Origin: Octopus bimaculoides
Taxonomy: Eukaryota
Length of the DNA stretch: 64,000 bases
Assembly: GCF_001194135.2 (NCBI RefSeq)
Contig: NC_068982.1
Coordinates: forward strand, 190,038,720 to 190,102,719
Direction of reading: 5' to 3'
Positions 1-13,514 of the stretch are shown in pieces; within the stretch, counting starts at the first letter, position 1, and each line of letters opens with the position of its first letter. The translations under genes were made by a program, and so were the position numbers. The notes under the pieces were generated by a model. That model was not told where the DNA came from and did not search any database. It was given only the letters and a program-made list of their open reading frames with translations.

Positions 1-55
<55 letters not shown>

Positions 56-711
56 GCTTCTTTCAGTTTCCATCCACTCAAGTACTGAAAGTTACAATGA
101 TGTACGAATATGTCTGTAAACAATGCAATCAGATAGAAAATAGGCAATGGGTGTATATGCATATTTCAGGAGTTATTGCTTCTTCTTCAGTACCACGTCT
201 AACCCATTAACCACCTACAAACACGGTGCTTTAAATAACCACCAAAAATCTCAACAGGTTTTCTATTAATGGACATAATGGTTTTGTTTTCCTATCTTTG
301 ATTGCATTGTTTATATGGAGGTATTCATATAGAAAATGTAACTTTTGGTGCTGACTCTAAATTCTAAAGAGTCTGTAGAGACAACTTTAGAAAAAATGAT
401 TGCGATGCACTGCTAACACAGGTAGGATGCAATATTGGCTTATAAGCCTTAAATATCTCAATTGCTAAATGAAATAGTGTCTCAATCAGCAATTAAAACT
501 CACACACCCATATGCATTCAATGAGCAATTATTACAATGCTTATGAACTTTATCAGCCCTACTATTACAACTACTACTAACATCACCACAATCACCCCCA
601 CCGCCATAATTCCACACACGCTACATCCCCTTTTGATGATATCCTCTTTATTATACAATATCCAACTCCACTTAAACAAAAATAAATATTTAAAAAAATA
701 TACTTATATTT

Positions 712-921
712 CTTTTCTACTCTAGGCACAAGGCCCAAAATTTGGGGGGGAAGGGGTCAGTTGATTGGTTCGACCACAGTACGCAACTGGTACTTACTTT
801 ATCGTATCCATAAAGATGAAAGGCAAAGTTAACCTCGGCAGAATTTGAACTCAGAACATAAAGACAGACGAAATACCGTTAAGCATTTCGCCCGGCGTGC
901 TAACGTTTCTGCCACCACTGG
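712..921 (-). mobile_element. tRNA-derived SINE, family C (head GGCGGTGAGCTGGCAGAA..., B-box-like GAGTTCAAATTC, (ATT)n tail)
   Basis: Same sequence recurs at ~1880-2085, 11505-11712, 21105-21690, 52610-53425 and 56585-57282. Confidence 0.75.
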
Positions 922-2448
922 CATTATATATATATATATATATATNNNNNNNNNNNNNNNNNNNNNNNNNNNNNNNNNNNNNNNNNNNNNNNNNNNNNNN
1001 NNNNNNNNNNNNNNNNNNNNNNNNNNNNNNNNNNNNNNNNNNNNNNNNNNNNNNNNNNNNNNNNNNNNNNNNNNNNNNNNNNNNNNNNNNNNNNNNNNNN
1101 NNNNNNNNNNNNNNNNNNNNNNNNNNNNNNNNNNNNNNNNNNNNNNNNNNNNNNNNNNNNNNNNNNNNNNNNNNNNNNNNNNNNNNNNNNNNNNNNNNNN
1201 NNNNNNNNNNNNNNNNNNNNNNNNNNNNNNNNNNNNNNNNNNNNNNNNNNNNNNNNNNNNNNNNNNNNNNNNNNNNNNNNNNNNNNNNNNNNNNNNNNNN
1301 NNNNNNNNNNNNNNNNNNNNNNNNNNNNNNNNNNNNNNNNNNNNNNNNNNNNNNNNNNNNNNNNNNNNNNNNNNNNNNNNNNNNNNNNNNNNNNNNNNNN
1401 NNNNNNNNNNNNNNNNNNNNNNNNNNNNNNNNNNNNNNNNNNNNNNNNNNNNNNNNNNNNNNNNNNNNNNNNNNNNNNNNNNNNNNNNNNNNNNNNNNNN
1501 NNNNNNNNNNNNNNNNNNNNNNNNNNNNNNNNNNNNNNNNNNNNNNNNNNNNNNNNNNNNNNNNNNNNNNNNNNNNNNNNNNNNNNNNNNNNNNNNNNNN
1601 NNNNNNNGAGGCAAGTAGGTGACATGGTCAGGAAGAGGGAACATATAGACAGAGCTGTATTAGAAGTGGCTGATGGGGACAGTGTGAGTGAGGGCCAGAG
1701 AGGGGCTGGCAGTGTTGATGATAAAGGAGTGGCTGGATGGAGCTAGGAGTCACGGGATTCAGGGCACACATGTGTGCGTACACACACACACACATACGCG
1801 CATGTTTCTTGCTAAAAGCACCAATAATGCAGAAAAACAAAAGTTAATTTTCATTACTATTTGATAGTAACAATAATCTCTCCTATTATAGGCACAAGGG
1901 TTGAAATTCTGAGGGAGGGGGCCCTAGTCGATTACATCAACCCCAGTATTTCACTGGTACTTTGCTTTTCACCCTATCGGGGTCGATAAACTAAGTTGAC
2001 TGCAGTGGAATTTGAACTCAGAATCTAAGAAATGTTACTAAGCATTTTTTCCAGCACAGTAACAACTCTACCGGCTCACCCACCTTATAATAAGTCAAAT
2101 GTTTTTCACTTATACACAAACTCACTCAAATATAGAGCCACACACACACACACACACACACACTAATGCTAATAATAATAATAATAATAATACAGCACTG
2201 CTTGTGTATTTGGTGCCGGCATCAATATCTGTCTGTATGTGGGGGGGAAGGTTAAGTGAATGCCGGAGACAGAAATGCCGTCAGGAAGTAGTTTTCAAGT
2301 GAGAACGCCAAATGAAATCAGTTGTAGAAAAATGCAGCGGCATGATGGCAGAATATTGGAGAAGAATCAACCATGGAACATTCAGGAATGTTTATTGTTT
2401 ACCAAGTCTTTCTTTTGTCTTTTGTTGGTTTCATCAATCATGAGTTTG

Positions 2449-2488
<40 letters not shown>

Positions 2489-3044
2489 TATATTATTTTG
2501 CTGTCCTTTTGTTAATAATTTTATTTGTTCATCAAATTTCACTAAACAAAACAAAGCAAAAAGGCAAAAACACCCTAAACAAATTTATAAAAGCAAAAAC
2601 AAAGAAAAAAAATAAATTGAAAAGCTGAGATCAGGGTAGGCAGAAAGGATAAATATGAGGGAGAGGGGTAGTGGTGATGGTAAGAGGATGTGGAGGTGGG
2701 AGGTAAAGTCTGAGAGGAAGAATATAGTAATGGTAGGGGAGGTGGGTGGTGGATACTGAAAACTAAACAAATGGAAAAAATTGATTATAAGGGATTTTGA
2801 GAAATATTATGATATAGAATGGATGGTGAGAGTGGTGTGAACATTAATATAAGTGGTTAGTAAAATATTAATTATATATATTTAACAAATACACATTAAA
2901 AGAAAAATAGAAAAAATATATAAAGGATTAATAAATGAAACTGTTTTGCATTTCTCACTCAATTAGAAGCAAATCTGTTATGGCAATCAGTTACAGCTTA
3001 TGGGGGGGGGGACACAAAAAGTCTGGCAGTCCAGTGGCTGCAAT

Positions 3045-3305
3045 AATGAGGGTTCCAGTTGATCTGCTCAACAGAACAAACTACCCTGAGTACTCCACAG
3101 ACACGTGTCCCCTTTAATGTAGTTCTCAGGAAGGTTCAGCGTGACACAGAAAGTGACAAGGCTAGCCCCTTTCGAATTACGGGTACTGTGTGTTTTTGAC
3201 AGGTAAAGTAAAGTGTCTTGCTGAAGGACACAATGTGCTGCTGGGAATTGAACTCACAGCTTTACGATCAGGAGTTGAATACCCTGACCACAAAAACCAT
3301 ACACC
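3045..3305 (-). mobile_element. tRNA-derived SINE, family G (contains CCTTGAGCAAGACACTT and GTGGAGTACTCAGCCACTT)
   Basis: Recurs at ~17925-18225, 51290-51550 (+), 57985-58225 and 61775-62075. Confidence 0.65.
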
Positions 3306-3325
3306 TTCACATGAGAAAAATAGTA

Positions 3326-3362
<37 letters not shown>

Positions 3363-4699
3363 GAACAAGGTTTAAATAAAGCACAAGACATACAAATATA
3401 CAGCTGTAAGATAGCTACACACAAATACATACACACACACAAACATTCATATCTGTATATGCCAAAATATATACACCTTGATGATTTTGGTAATCACTAC
3501 TTTAAAATAAGATTTGATTTCATATTAATTATGCACCATAATTATGTAATTATACATTAGATGATATTTATCCTAATGAAACAGTTGTTGAGCACAAATT
3601 AACTTTGTAGAAATGTCCTGAAATTTGTAATGATGGTAAATCACTTTCTTTTACAGAATATTCTCTCTATCTCTCACTCTACAACTTTCTTTCTCATATG
3701 GAACATCCTCCTCCTACACCCACCTCTGTACTACTTATACTATCACCACTGTTCCCTGTAGCACGCCCTCTCTCTGTCTCTCTAACTCTTCCCCCCATCT
3801 TCACCCTCTTACTAAGGTAGCCGAATATCTCCTCAATAGTAATTTGGCTACTTCTGTCCCTCCATCATGCTCTAATCTTTTGGTTTCACTCCCTCTCTCA
3901 GCTGAGAGATCTTTCTTTTGTGAGCTCACGAGTGCTGGTGCCACATAAAAAGCACCTGTGCTGGCACCATGTAAAAATTTCCCATGTTGGTGCCACATTA
4001 AGACCACCCAGAGGGCATCCAGCTGTAGAAACCATGCCAGAACAGACAATTGGAACCTGTTACAGATCTCTGGCTGGCTAGCTCCTGCCAAACCATCCAA
4101 CCCATGCCAGCATCGAAAAACAGACGTTAAATGAGGATGATTTTATAAACTTGTTGTTTCACAAGCGAGTGCATCCTTATTGTGTGTGAGGCTGGCAACA
4201 AAGTAAAGTTTATTGCAAATACAAAGACAACGTATTATATCGAATACTATTAAACAACAACAACAACAACACAACCTGCAACTTTACCATAAACAATATT
4301 GATGAACACATCACGGAACTGGTCATGACAAAAGACAAATGACTTCACACACGAATCATAAAAATGGAAAATAAATACTTCAGACATAAACTGAAACTTT
4401 AAACAGATCATGACCATCATCATCATCATCATCATCAATTCAATGTTTCATACTTTTACAGAGGTTGGACAAAAATTCATTCATTTGAATTTCCATTAAC
4501 TGGATGCTCTTGTCATCACCAACCCTCACATGTTTCCCAGTTAAGGCAATATTTCTTCTGGTCTTTCAAACATGAACAGTACAATGGCTGGACATGCTTC
4601 CACGTATTGCAAATAACATCATTGCTTTTATGGTGGTGACAATAATTTTGTAATCAGCACATGATGTCAAGCCAAGGTATGGAGAGATGAACACACAAA

Positions 4700-5000
4700 T
4701 CGTCGTCATCATCATCATTTAACATCTGCTTTCCATGCTAGCATGGGTCTGATGGTTTGACTGGGGACTGGCGAACCGGATGGCTACACCAGACTCTAAT
4801 CTGATCTGGCAGAGTTTCTACAGCTGGATGCCCTTCCTAAATACCAACCAATCCGACAGTGTAGTGGGTGCTTTTTACGTGCCACTGGCATGAGGGCCAG
4901 TCCGGCAGTACTAGCAACGGCCACGCTCAAATGTTTTTTACATGCCACCTGCACAGGAGTCAGTCCAATGTTTTGTTCACATGCCACCGGCACAAGTGCC
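4700..5000 (-). mobile_element. RTE LINE 3'-end copy with (GAT)n tail
   Basis: Has CCATGCTAGCATGGG, CTACAGCTGGATGCCCTTCCTAA and GTAGTGGGTGCTTTT blocks. The same block is contiguous with RTE ORF2 at 13515-14455. Further copies at ~3940-4140, 5270-5498, 8795-8985, 26618-26840, 31893-32125, 34576-34870, 45660-45820, 47330-48070 and 55455-55670. Confidence 0.75.
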
Positions 5001-6299
5001 AAAATGTATATACGAATGGATAAGGACACATATACCACACCTGAGCGGTTTTTTCTTTTCCTTTTCAACATTTCCTCTCTCTCTCTCTCTCTCCTCCTAT
5101 GTTTTGTTCTGATGAAGAACTAACATCCAAAACGTTAAGGCCCTTTCCCCTCCCCTCTTTTAAGTATCAAACTAATACAATGTGTTAAAACTTGACTTTT
5201 GAGAGTTTTTCTTTTTTGTTTTTCTTTTACAGTCTATGTGTATACATGCACATAGCATACATAGGTATATCATCATCATCATCATCGTTTAACGTCCGCT
5301 TTCCATGCTAGCATGGGTTGGACGATTTGACTGAGGACTGGTGAAACCGGATGGCAACACCAGGCTCCAGTCTGATTTGGCAGAGCTTCTACAGCTGGAT
5401 GCCCTTCCTAACGCCAACCACTCAGAGAGTGTAGTGGGTGCTTTTACGTGTCACCCGCACGGAAACGGCCACGCTCGAAATGGTGTCTTTTATGTGCCNN
5501 NNNNNNNNNNNNNNNNNNNNNNNNNNNNNNNNNNNNNNNNNNNNNNNNNNNNNNNNNNNNNNNNNNNNNNNNNNNNNNNNNNNNNNNNNNNNNNNNNNNN
5601 NNNNNNNNNNNNNNNNNNNNNNNNNNNNNNNNNNNNNNNNNNNNNNNNNNNNNNNNNNNNNNNNNNNNNNNNNNNNNNNNNNNNNNNNNNNNNNNNNNNN
5701 NNNNNNNNNNNNNNNNNNNNNNNNNNNNNNNNNNNNNNNNNNNNNNNNNNNNNNNNNNNNNNNNNNNNNNNNNNNNNNNNNNNNNNNNNNNNNNNNNNNN
5801 NNNNNNNNNNNNNNNNNNNNNNNNNNNNNNNNNNNNNNNNNNNNNNNNNNNNNNNNNNNNNNNNNNNNNNNNNNNNNNNNNNNNNNNNNNNNNNNNNNNN
5901 NNNNNNNNNNNNNNNCGCAGCTATCCTCCTCCATTCTCACCATATATGTATGTATATACATAGGTATATGTACATAGGTATATACATGTGTATACACATA
6001 GGTATATGTACATAGGTATATACATGTGTATACACATAGGTATATACATGTGTATGTACATATATATTTCATAGGCCTAAATAAATGTGTGTGTGTGTGT
6101 GTGTATAGTATAATGTGCAGGCAAGTCTGTATGGTTAAGAAGGTTGCTTCTCAACCATGTGGTTCCAGGTTCAGTCCCACTGTGTGGCATCTTGGGTATG
6201 TGTCTTCCACTATAGCCCTTGGCCAACAAAAGCCTTGTGAGAAAATTTGGTAGAGAGAAACTGAAAGAAGCCCATTATGTGTGTGTGTGCATATGTATG

Positions 6300-6340
6300 T
6301 ATATTATATATATGCACATATGAGTTTGAATGTATATATG

Positions 6341-6378
<38 letters not shown>

Positions 6379-6934
6379 GGTAGTTATGGATACACGTTTA
6401 TATGTATGTGCATGTACACACACACATACACACACACACATACACACGCACGCATATGTATGTATGTATGTATACAATGGTAAAACGTATGGAGGAGGGT
6501 GTAGAAATGTAAGGAGGGGGTGAGTTCAATAGATAAACATATCCAGTTGAAAAGGTTGTGAGTTTTATTGAAAGGGAAAACGGGCCAATGATCAGAAAAG
6601 CCGGCAGAAGGACGGCCATGATGGTGATGGTGATGGTGACGATGGTGATGACCAGTGAAGTGTAGGGATGTCTTTTACATGCATGTACATGTGTGTTTGT
6701 GTGTGTGTATATATATATATAAGTATGTAAGTGAAGGGGGACATGTAGTTGATGTGACAGTATTGTTGTCTTTGTTCATATTGATGTAGTTGTTATGGAA
6801 TTCTCACAGACCACCTCTCTCCTTTTCTTTCTTCCTTACTCTCTCTCGCAAACATATACTGAAACACAGACAATGAAATAAATACACACATATACACACA
6901 CAAAAAAACCCATAAAATACACCATGTATATGTG

Positions 6935-6970
<36 letters not shown>

Positions 6971-8037
6971 CATGAACGCACACAAGAACAAATATATACA
7001 CTCTGAAATGGACGTAAATAGCGAAACATACACATATGAAAGTTTGTACATGTGCACTTATATATACACATCCATGCAGAGTAAAGCACATGTGTACACG
7101 TGCATTAATGTAGAAACAGAAATAAATATTCATATACATGCATTATATACATGTGAAGAAACACACCCACACACATACATGTGACCACATAAACGCATAC
7201 ACAAGACTGTACTGGTACAGCATACATACACACACACACACACAAATAAAATAATTTATGAATACATATACACAAAGACATTCATATNNNNNNNNNNAAA
7301 TAATTTATGAATACATATACACAAAGACATTCATATATATTCATACACACACACACACACACTGGCAAAAGACTAGCTTACATGGAGACATACATATGCA
7401 CATTAGTACATATACACATTAATACATATGAATAGAAGCTGAAACACATAGTAACAATTATAAGATGCATATACACACACAAACTCATGCTAACATACAA
7501 CAATGTGTATGAAGATATATATATACACACACACATACACAGACATGAGGACTCACCCATACACATACAGATATCATTATAGAAAACAACATACACAAAC
7601 ATGCATACACAGTCAAATGCATACATATACATACAGCAACAAAATATTTACAGAAATAAACACACACACACACACACTAAGAATATGTGTAAACAAAATA
7701 TACTCAAATGTATAACACACACATACACACAACTATTGCCCATTTCTAGGCACACACACACAACTGGAAATGGGGGTCTGGTAAGGGCTTACATTGTATT
7801 TTTATAAAGCTATTTAATGTTCTGTAAAGTGCATGGTAGTGGTGGAGGTGGTGGCGACAGAGGTGTATGGAGAATGGAGAGTGTATAATTGTATGTTATA
7901 TTGACTTCTATAATGAACTTAAAATGGAACAAGCTGCCACCCCTATACCACACAATGTGTATGCAAGTGTGTGTGTGTGTGTGTGTGTGAGTATATGTGT
8001 AAATATATTTGTGTGTGTGTGTATATATAAATATATT

Positions 8038-8076
<39 letters not shown>

Positions 8077-8700
8077 CCAAACACACATGTGCTTACATAT
8101 GTGCTGATATGTGTATTCTTACATATCAGCATGTGCATATAATAATAATATAAACACACAGACGTGACAGACCCCTATATATACACCCACCTGTGGAAAT
8201 GTGGGAAAAATCAATAATAGCCTTTTTCATAAAATAAACATTGAAACATCAAACAACAATCACAACAACAACAATAAACAAACAACAATATGTAAATATA
8301 CACACTCAACCCCCTCCTGTATATATACATGTGTGTGTGTGTGTGTGTATATAAGTCGGTCACACAACACCTCTTGGATGAATAAATAAATAAACACCTA
8401 AAGAAAGGTTAAAATGAAAGAAAAAAATGTGTATGTAACGTATACACGTATGTATATATACATGTGTGTGTGCATACGTGTATATATAGATGTGTATGTA
8501 TGATTGTGTGGCATCAAAGTATAAATTGTATATGCTGTAACTACACACACACACACACACGATGATGATGATGCATACACACGCAGTGGTTGTATGATGT
8601 ATACACTAAATATGTTTAACATTTATGGTATATATCCCTAATCATATATATTGTATATATAGTATGTGTGTATACACGCAGATCTCTATGAGAAGCGGGT
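6300..8700. repeat. Microsatellite-rich block of (TG)n, (TA)n and degenerate TACA/CATA repeats
   Basis: Visible directly; it explains the spurious Y/I/C/V/H/T-rich ORFs here. Confidence 0.9.
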
Positions 8701-9364
8701 ATCAGGGTGGCCAACACCTAGAATGGGATTTTACCCCAACACAACAAACAACAAAGCTGTCTGAGAGAAAGAAACCTGTTATATATGATTAGTGCTGCTG
8801 GTGCCATGTAAAAAAAGCACCCAGTCCACCCTGTAAAATGGTTGGCGCTAGGAAGGGCGTCCAGCTGTAGAAAAACCTTACCAAAGCATACTATGGCACC
8901 TGGTGCAGCTCTCCAGCCTTGCCAGCCCTTATCAAACTATCCAACCCATGACAGCATGGAAAACAGACATTAGTTGATAATAATGGCACCAATAAAGAAA
9001 AAGAACATTTTTAAGTTAAAAGGACATTTTAATATTATCTGCATCTGCTGTAATTACTTCATAAAAATACTATTAGTATTTTTATGTTAACTTCTGATAC
9101 TGGCGTCACTCAAAGGAGTCATTATGGTCAAAGTCGGCTGTTATTGAGAGCTACGGCCCTCACAGACAGGTGCCTCTATGTTTTGGTTTAGTCTCTATAT
9201 TGGATGTCCAACCAATTTACAGAGCGTACTGAGTTTTTTCTTCTTTTTCTGCAGCTCCAGCACTAGAAGAGTCGTCTTTTATGCCATAAGAGTAAAGAGT
9301 AATCCCTCCTCAGACCAAAAGTGATTCTTGTTACAACTCAATGATCTCTATCAAAGAGTTATTT

Positions 9365-9535
9365 TATTATTATTCAGGTCACTGCCTGAAATCGAACTCA
9401 GAATGTTGGGGTTAGTAGCCCACGCTCTTAACCACTATACCATATGCCCATGGGTGTAGTGGTAATGAGTGTGGGCTACTAACCCCAAGATTCCGAGTTC
9501 AATTCCAGGCAGTGACCTGAATAATAATAATAATA
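9365..9535. repeat. Palindromic head-to-head dimer of a short tRNA-like element with (AAT)n tails
   Basis: 9374-9441 is the reverse complement of 9453-9520 at 60/68 positions by manual alignment. A-box-like TAGTGGTAA, GGG-CTACTAA-CCC stem-loop and B-box-like GAGTTCAATTCC are present. Confidence 0.8.
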
Positions 9536-9555
9536 GTTATTTTACTATTTATATT

Positions 9556-10110
9556 TACGAAGTGGTGTCAAAAAGTTCCTGGATTAGTTTTGTAGTGCAC
9601 CAACAGATGACAGCACATGGTTGTGTGAGAGCTAGCAGTGACCTACATGAGGAGTGTCCTGAGTGATATCACTGTTAGAAAATTACTATTTTTAAATCTC
9701 ACAATGAGAGATATTCAGCAACAGTACTTTGGTGTAGAGATTATTTGCCAACATAACATGGCAGTCCTGGTTTAGGACAAATGTTGCTGTGATATCAATT
9801 ATTAAATTTTACTTTGCAGGCTGTGAAATTTGTGTTTTTCTGATCACATGTGTATGCTGTAATCATGAACAGGAACAAAGAGCCAACGTAAAATTTTGCA
9901 TTAAACTTGGGGAGTCTGCTACAGACATTGAGCATGCTTTGGCAAGTTTATGGCAACAAGGCAATGGATTGAACACAATGCTTTGAGTGTCATGGATGCT
10001 TCAAAAGAAGACAATGAGCGATCCGAAAAACCTGCCACAAGCGGCACCTCCAGATTTGTTCCCCAAAGCCAGACACTGAACCAAGAGATTTACTGCAACA
10101 TTTTCTAGAA
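9556..10110 (+). mobile_element. Degenerate mariner transposon relic (left end plus transposase fragments), interrupted by a family F MITE fragment at ~9672-9792
   Basis: TA followed by CGAAGTGGTGTCAAAAAGTTCC, a mariner-like terminus. EQRANVKFCIKLGESAT is typical of the mariner HTH N-terminus; later FVPQSQTLNQEIY. Confidence 0.75.
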
Positions 10111-10596
10111 ACGGGTTCTTCCAGTTCAAGTCCGAAGTTATTTTGTAAATACCTGCTTCTGAAGGGATGTGATTAGGGTGTTGGGCTTACGATCAGGAGG
10201 TTATGATTTGTTGCAAATCTGACTGCTGTTTCTTGCAGGTTGCACAACCCCATAGGAGTCCCTCATCTGTTCATATATGAATGCTTCAAAACTAGCTAGA
10301 GGTAGACCCAAACAGGTCAGGGATATAAAACATGTATGACATCAGTGAGTAGGGATTAAGGATCACTTTTTAAGAATTCCAAACTAGCAATCGTACAGGT
10401 AAGATGGTCAATGGTTATTTTACATTGTTTTAATGCAATTTATATCAGGTAATTTTGTGGACAATAGCATTGTTTGTTACAGGTTTCTGACTGACTAATT
10501 ACTGGTACACTGAAGTCTTGTTTGCAACACACACAAGGGAGTGTCAGGAAGAACAAATACTAAGAGGTAAGTCTGTTTAAAAGCACCAGTTTAATT

Positions 10597-10972
10597 GGTG
10601 TGGCTGTGTGGTAAGTAGCTTGCTTACCAACCACATGGTTCCGGGTTCAGTCCCACTGCGTGGCACCTTGGGCAAGTGTCTTCTACTATAGCCTTAGGCC
10701 AACCAAAGCCTTGTGAGTGGATTTGGTAGACGGAAACTGAAAGAAGCCTGTCGTGTGTGTGTGTGTAAGTTTGTGTGTCTGTGCTTGAAACCCCCAACAT
10801 CGCTTGACAACCGATGTTGGTGTGCTTACGCCTCCATAACTTAACGGTTTGGCAAAAGAAACCAATAGAATAAATACTAGGCTTACAAAGATTAAGTCCT
10901 GGGGTCGATTTGCTTGACTAAAGGCAGTGCTCCAGCATGGCTGCAGTCAAATGACTGAAACAAGTAAAAGAG
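10597..10972 (+). mobile_element. Full-length tRNA-derived SINE, family A (head, GCACCTTGGGCAAGTG core, internal (TG)n, 3' tail)
   Basis: Co-linear with 60098-60470 (+) and 48300-48693 (-). Partial copies at ~6120-6272, 11095-11245, 15354-15467, 23754-24340, 26488-26602, 36299-36465, 44995-45320 and 53595-53885. Confidence 0.85.
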
Positions 10973-11057
10973 TAATTAATTCTTTGTATAAGTAACTAAT
11001 CAGTACTTTCATAAGATTTGGCTATCCCTGAATGAGGTTTGTAACCTTTAATTGTGC

Positions 11058-11088
<31 letters not shown>

Positions 11089-12875
11089 CGATGCGCTTCT
11101 TTCAGTTTCTGTCTACCAAATCTACTCACAAGGTTTTGGTCGGCCCGAGGCTATAGTAGAAGACACTTGCTCAAGGTGCTACACAGTGGGACTGAACCTA
11201 GAACCACGTGGTTGGTAAGCAAGCTTCTGATCACACAGCCACACCTGAGTCTATATAATTGTATAAAAAAATCAAGATATTTTATGAATATGCACAGGTG
11301 TGGCTGTGTTGAAAATTGTTTGCTTCTCAACCACATGCTTATCCATGAAGGCCTCTCCCTCATCTCCATTCTCTCTGATCCAGCAACCACTTCTTCTACC
11401 CCCCTTACCTTTCATCCCCTAACATCCATCACTTCTCTATCAGCTTCTGTCAAACCATACAACCCATGCCAGCATGGAAAACGGACATTAAATGATAAGT
11501 ATATCTAATTCTTTATTGCCCACAGGGGGCTAAACATAGAGGGGACAAACAAGGGCAACCCCAGTGCATAGCTGGTACTTATTTAATCGAACACGAAAGG
11601 ATGAAAGACAAAGTCGACCTCAGCAGAATTTGAACTCAGGACGTAGCGGTAGATGCAATACCACTAAGTATTTCGCCTGGCGTGCTAACGGTTCTGCCAG
11701 CTCACCGCCTTCTTAAATGATAAAGATATCACACACTGTTCTTATCCAGCAAAGCCCAAACAACAGAACATGGAATGGTAAGATGGGAATGAACAAATGC
11801 TTGTGGGAGGAATGGGAATGTATGTGCAAATAATCCAAACACCCAGTATTTGGTGACTGCAAATTAAACAGTTCCAACAACTAAATACGAACAACATTCA
11901 AGCGCACACAGTTATCCTTCATCTCTCGTCAATATTGGAGGGGGAAGGGGTGGTTGAGAAGGGATTTATTAAGGGTCTTGCTGTGTCCCCTTCAAAGTAG
12001 AAAATATAAATAAACAGCAAACACTTTAAACCTCACAAACACAAGTCTTCCCTACACCATTTATTGTACAACTAACACAGCAGTGGATGAATAACTGGAA
12101 AGGTCTCAACAACTAGGAAATGATGATGATGAATGTGATGATACTAGTGAGGAGGCGAAGGTGGGGAGAAGGGTTCTAATAGCAGGATCTCCACTGTATC
12201 GATTTTGACTGTAAAATCTCAACATTGTCATTTGCAATGTGAAAAATAAATAGTATGCATGCATGCATGCATGCATGCGTGTGTGTGTGCGCGTGCGTGC
12301 GCGTATGAATATATATATATACACACACAGACACTATCACATGCATGTATACATATATGTATAAATATATGTATATATGTGTGTGATGTATGTTTATATA
12401 TATATATATATATCTGAATACATCTATATATGTAAGCATGTGTGTGTATGCGTGCAATGTAGATATAATAAATAATAATAAAAAAAAAAGCAGAAAATGT
12501 TTAAATACAGAACAAGGAAGCGGGGGTGGGGTGAAAATATCAATAAAAACATACATATAAATAATATAAAGAAAACAGCAATTTCTATTTGTAAAATGTA
12601 AAGATATTTTATTTATTCTATTTTATTTCAAAGGAACAAAATTAAAAAATAATTACTCTCCTACTACTGTTGATAATAATAATAATAATAATAATGATAG
12701 ACAACAGCCATTGTTCCCTTGTAGTCTAAATTCACCATCTGTTGTTAAAGGCCCCACCTACAGTAAATATTATCAAAATTACATGACATCACAGACAATA
12801 ACAGATTGTCACCTTTTATACAAAAACTCACACACTGGCTTTGTATAGAAAAACATAGCTTTTTTTTATATACAT

Positions 12876-12914
<39 letters not shown>

Positions 12915-13068
12915 GATAAATATATTTACATATGCATACATACATATCTGTGTGTATGCATATATATACATATGCACAAGCATATATGTACACACACACC
13001 TATGCACACATACATACATGCATATATATATGTATGTATGTATATACAGATATACACATACATACCTT

Positions 13069-13109
<41 letters not shown>

Positions 13110-13514
13110 ATACTTTAATACACACCTATATTTTTTAGCTGTAGATATGTGTGTATATTACAGGTGAGAGTGGGTGGCGAGAAAAGGAAAATTTGGGGGT
13201 GAAAGGTCAGATGTTCTTCCCTACCCAAGCACCTTAGTTTTCTTCTTTGAAATTAGGATTTTATAAACCCAATCCCTTACTCACCCACTAAAATAAAACA
13301 AAACAAAAAAATACTCTAAAATAAACAAATATGAAAATGTAAACCTTATACAACAACAGTGACTTACTATAAAGACTTTATTTTGAGGGTTTTATTTTAT
13401 ATGAAGAATTTTTGTTGTTGTTTTGGACCCAGGTCAACACTCATAAGACAGACCTATGATCTGAGACATTCCAGGCATGCCCATTCTGTCTTTCCAGGCA
13501 CATCTGATCATTCA

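Noticed and set aside
829-1644. Long ORFs full of X in the ORF track (also around 5.4, 18.2, 20.1, 34.3, 36.4, 45.9, 52.9 and 57.2 kb)
   Set aside because: They are open only because N-runs cannot contain stop codons.
7249-7336. Direct duplication AAATAATTTATGAATACATATACACAAAGACATTCATAT on both sides of a 10-N gap
   Set aside because: Typical unmerged contig overlap; an assembly artefact.
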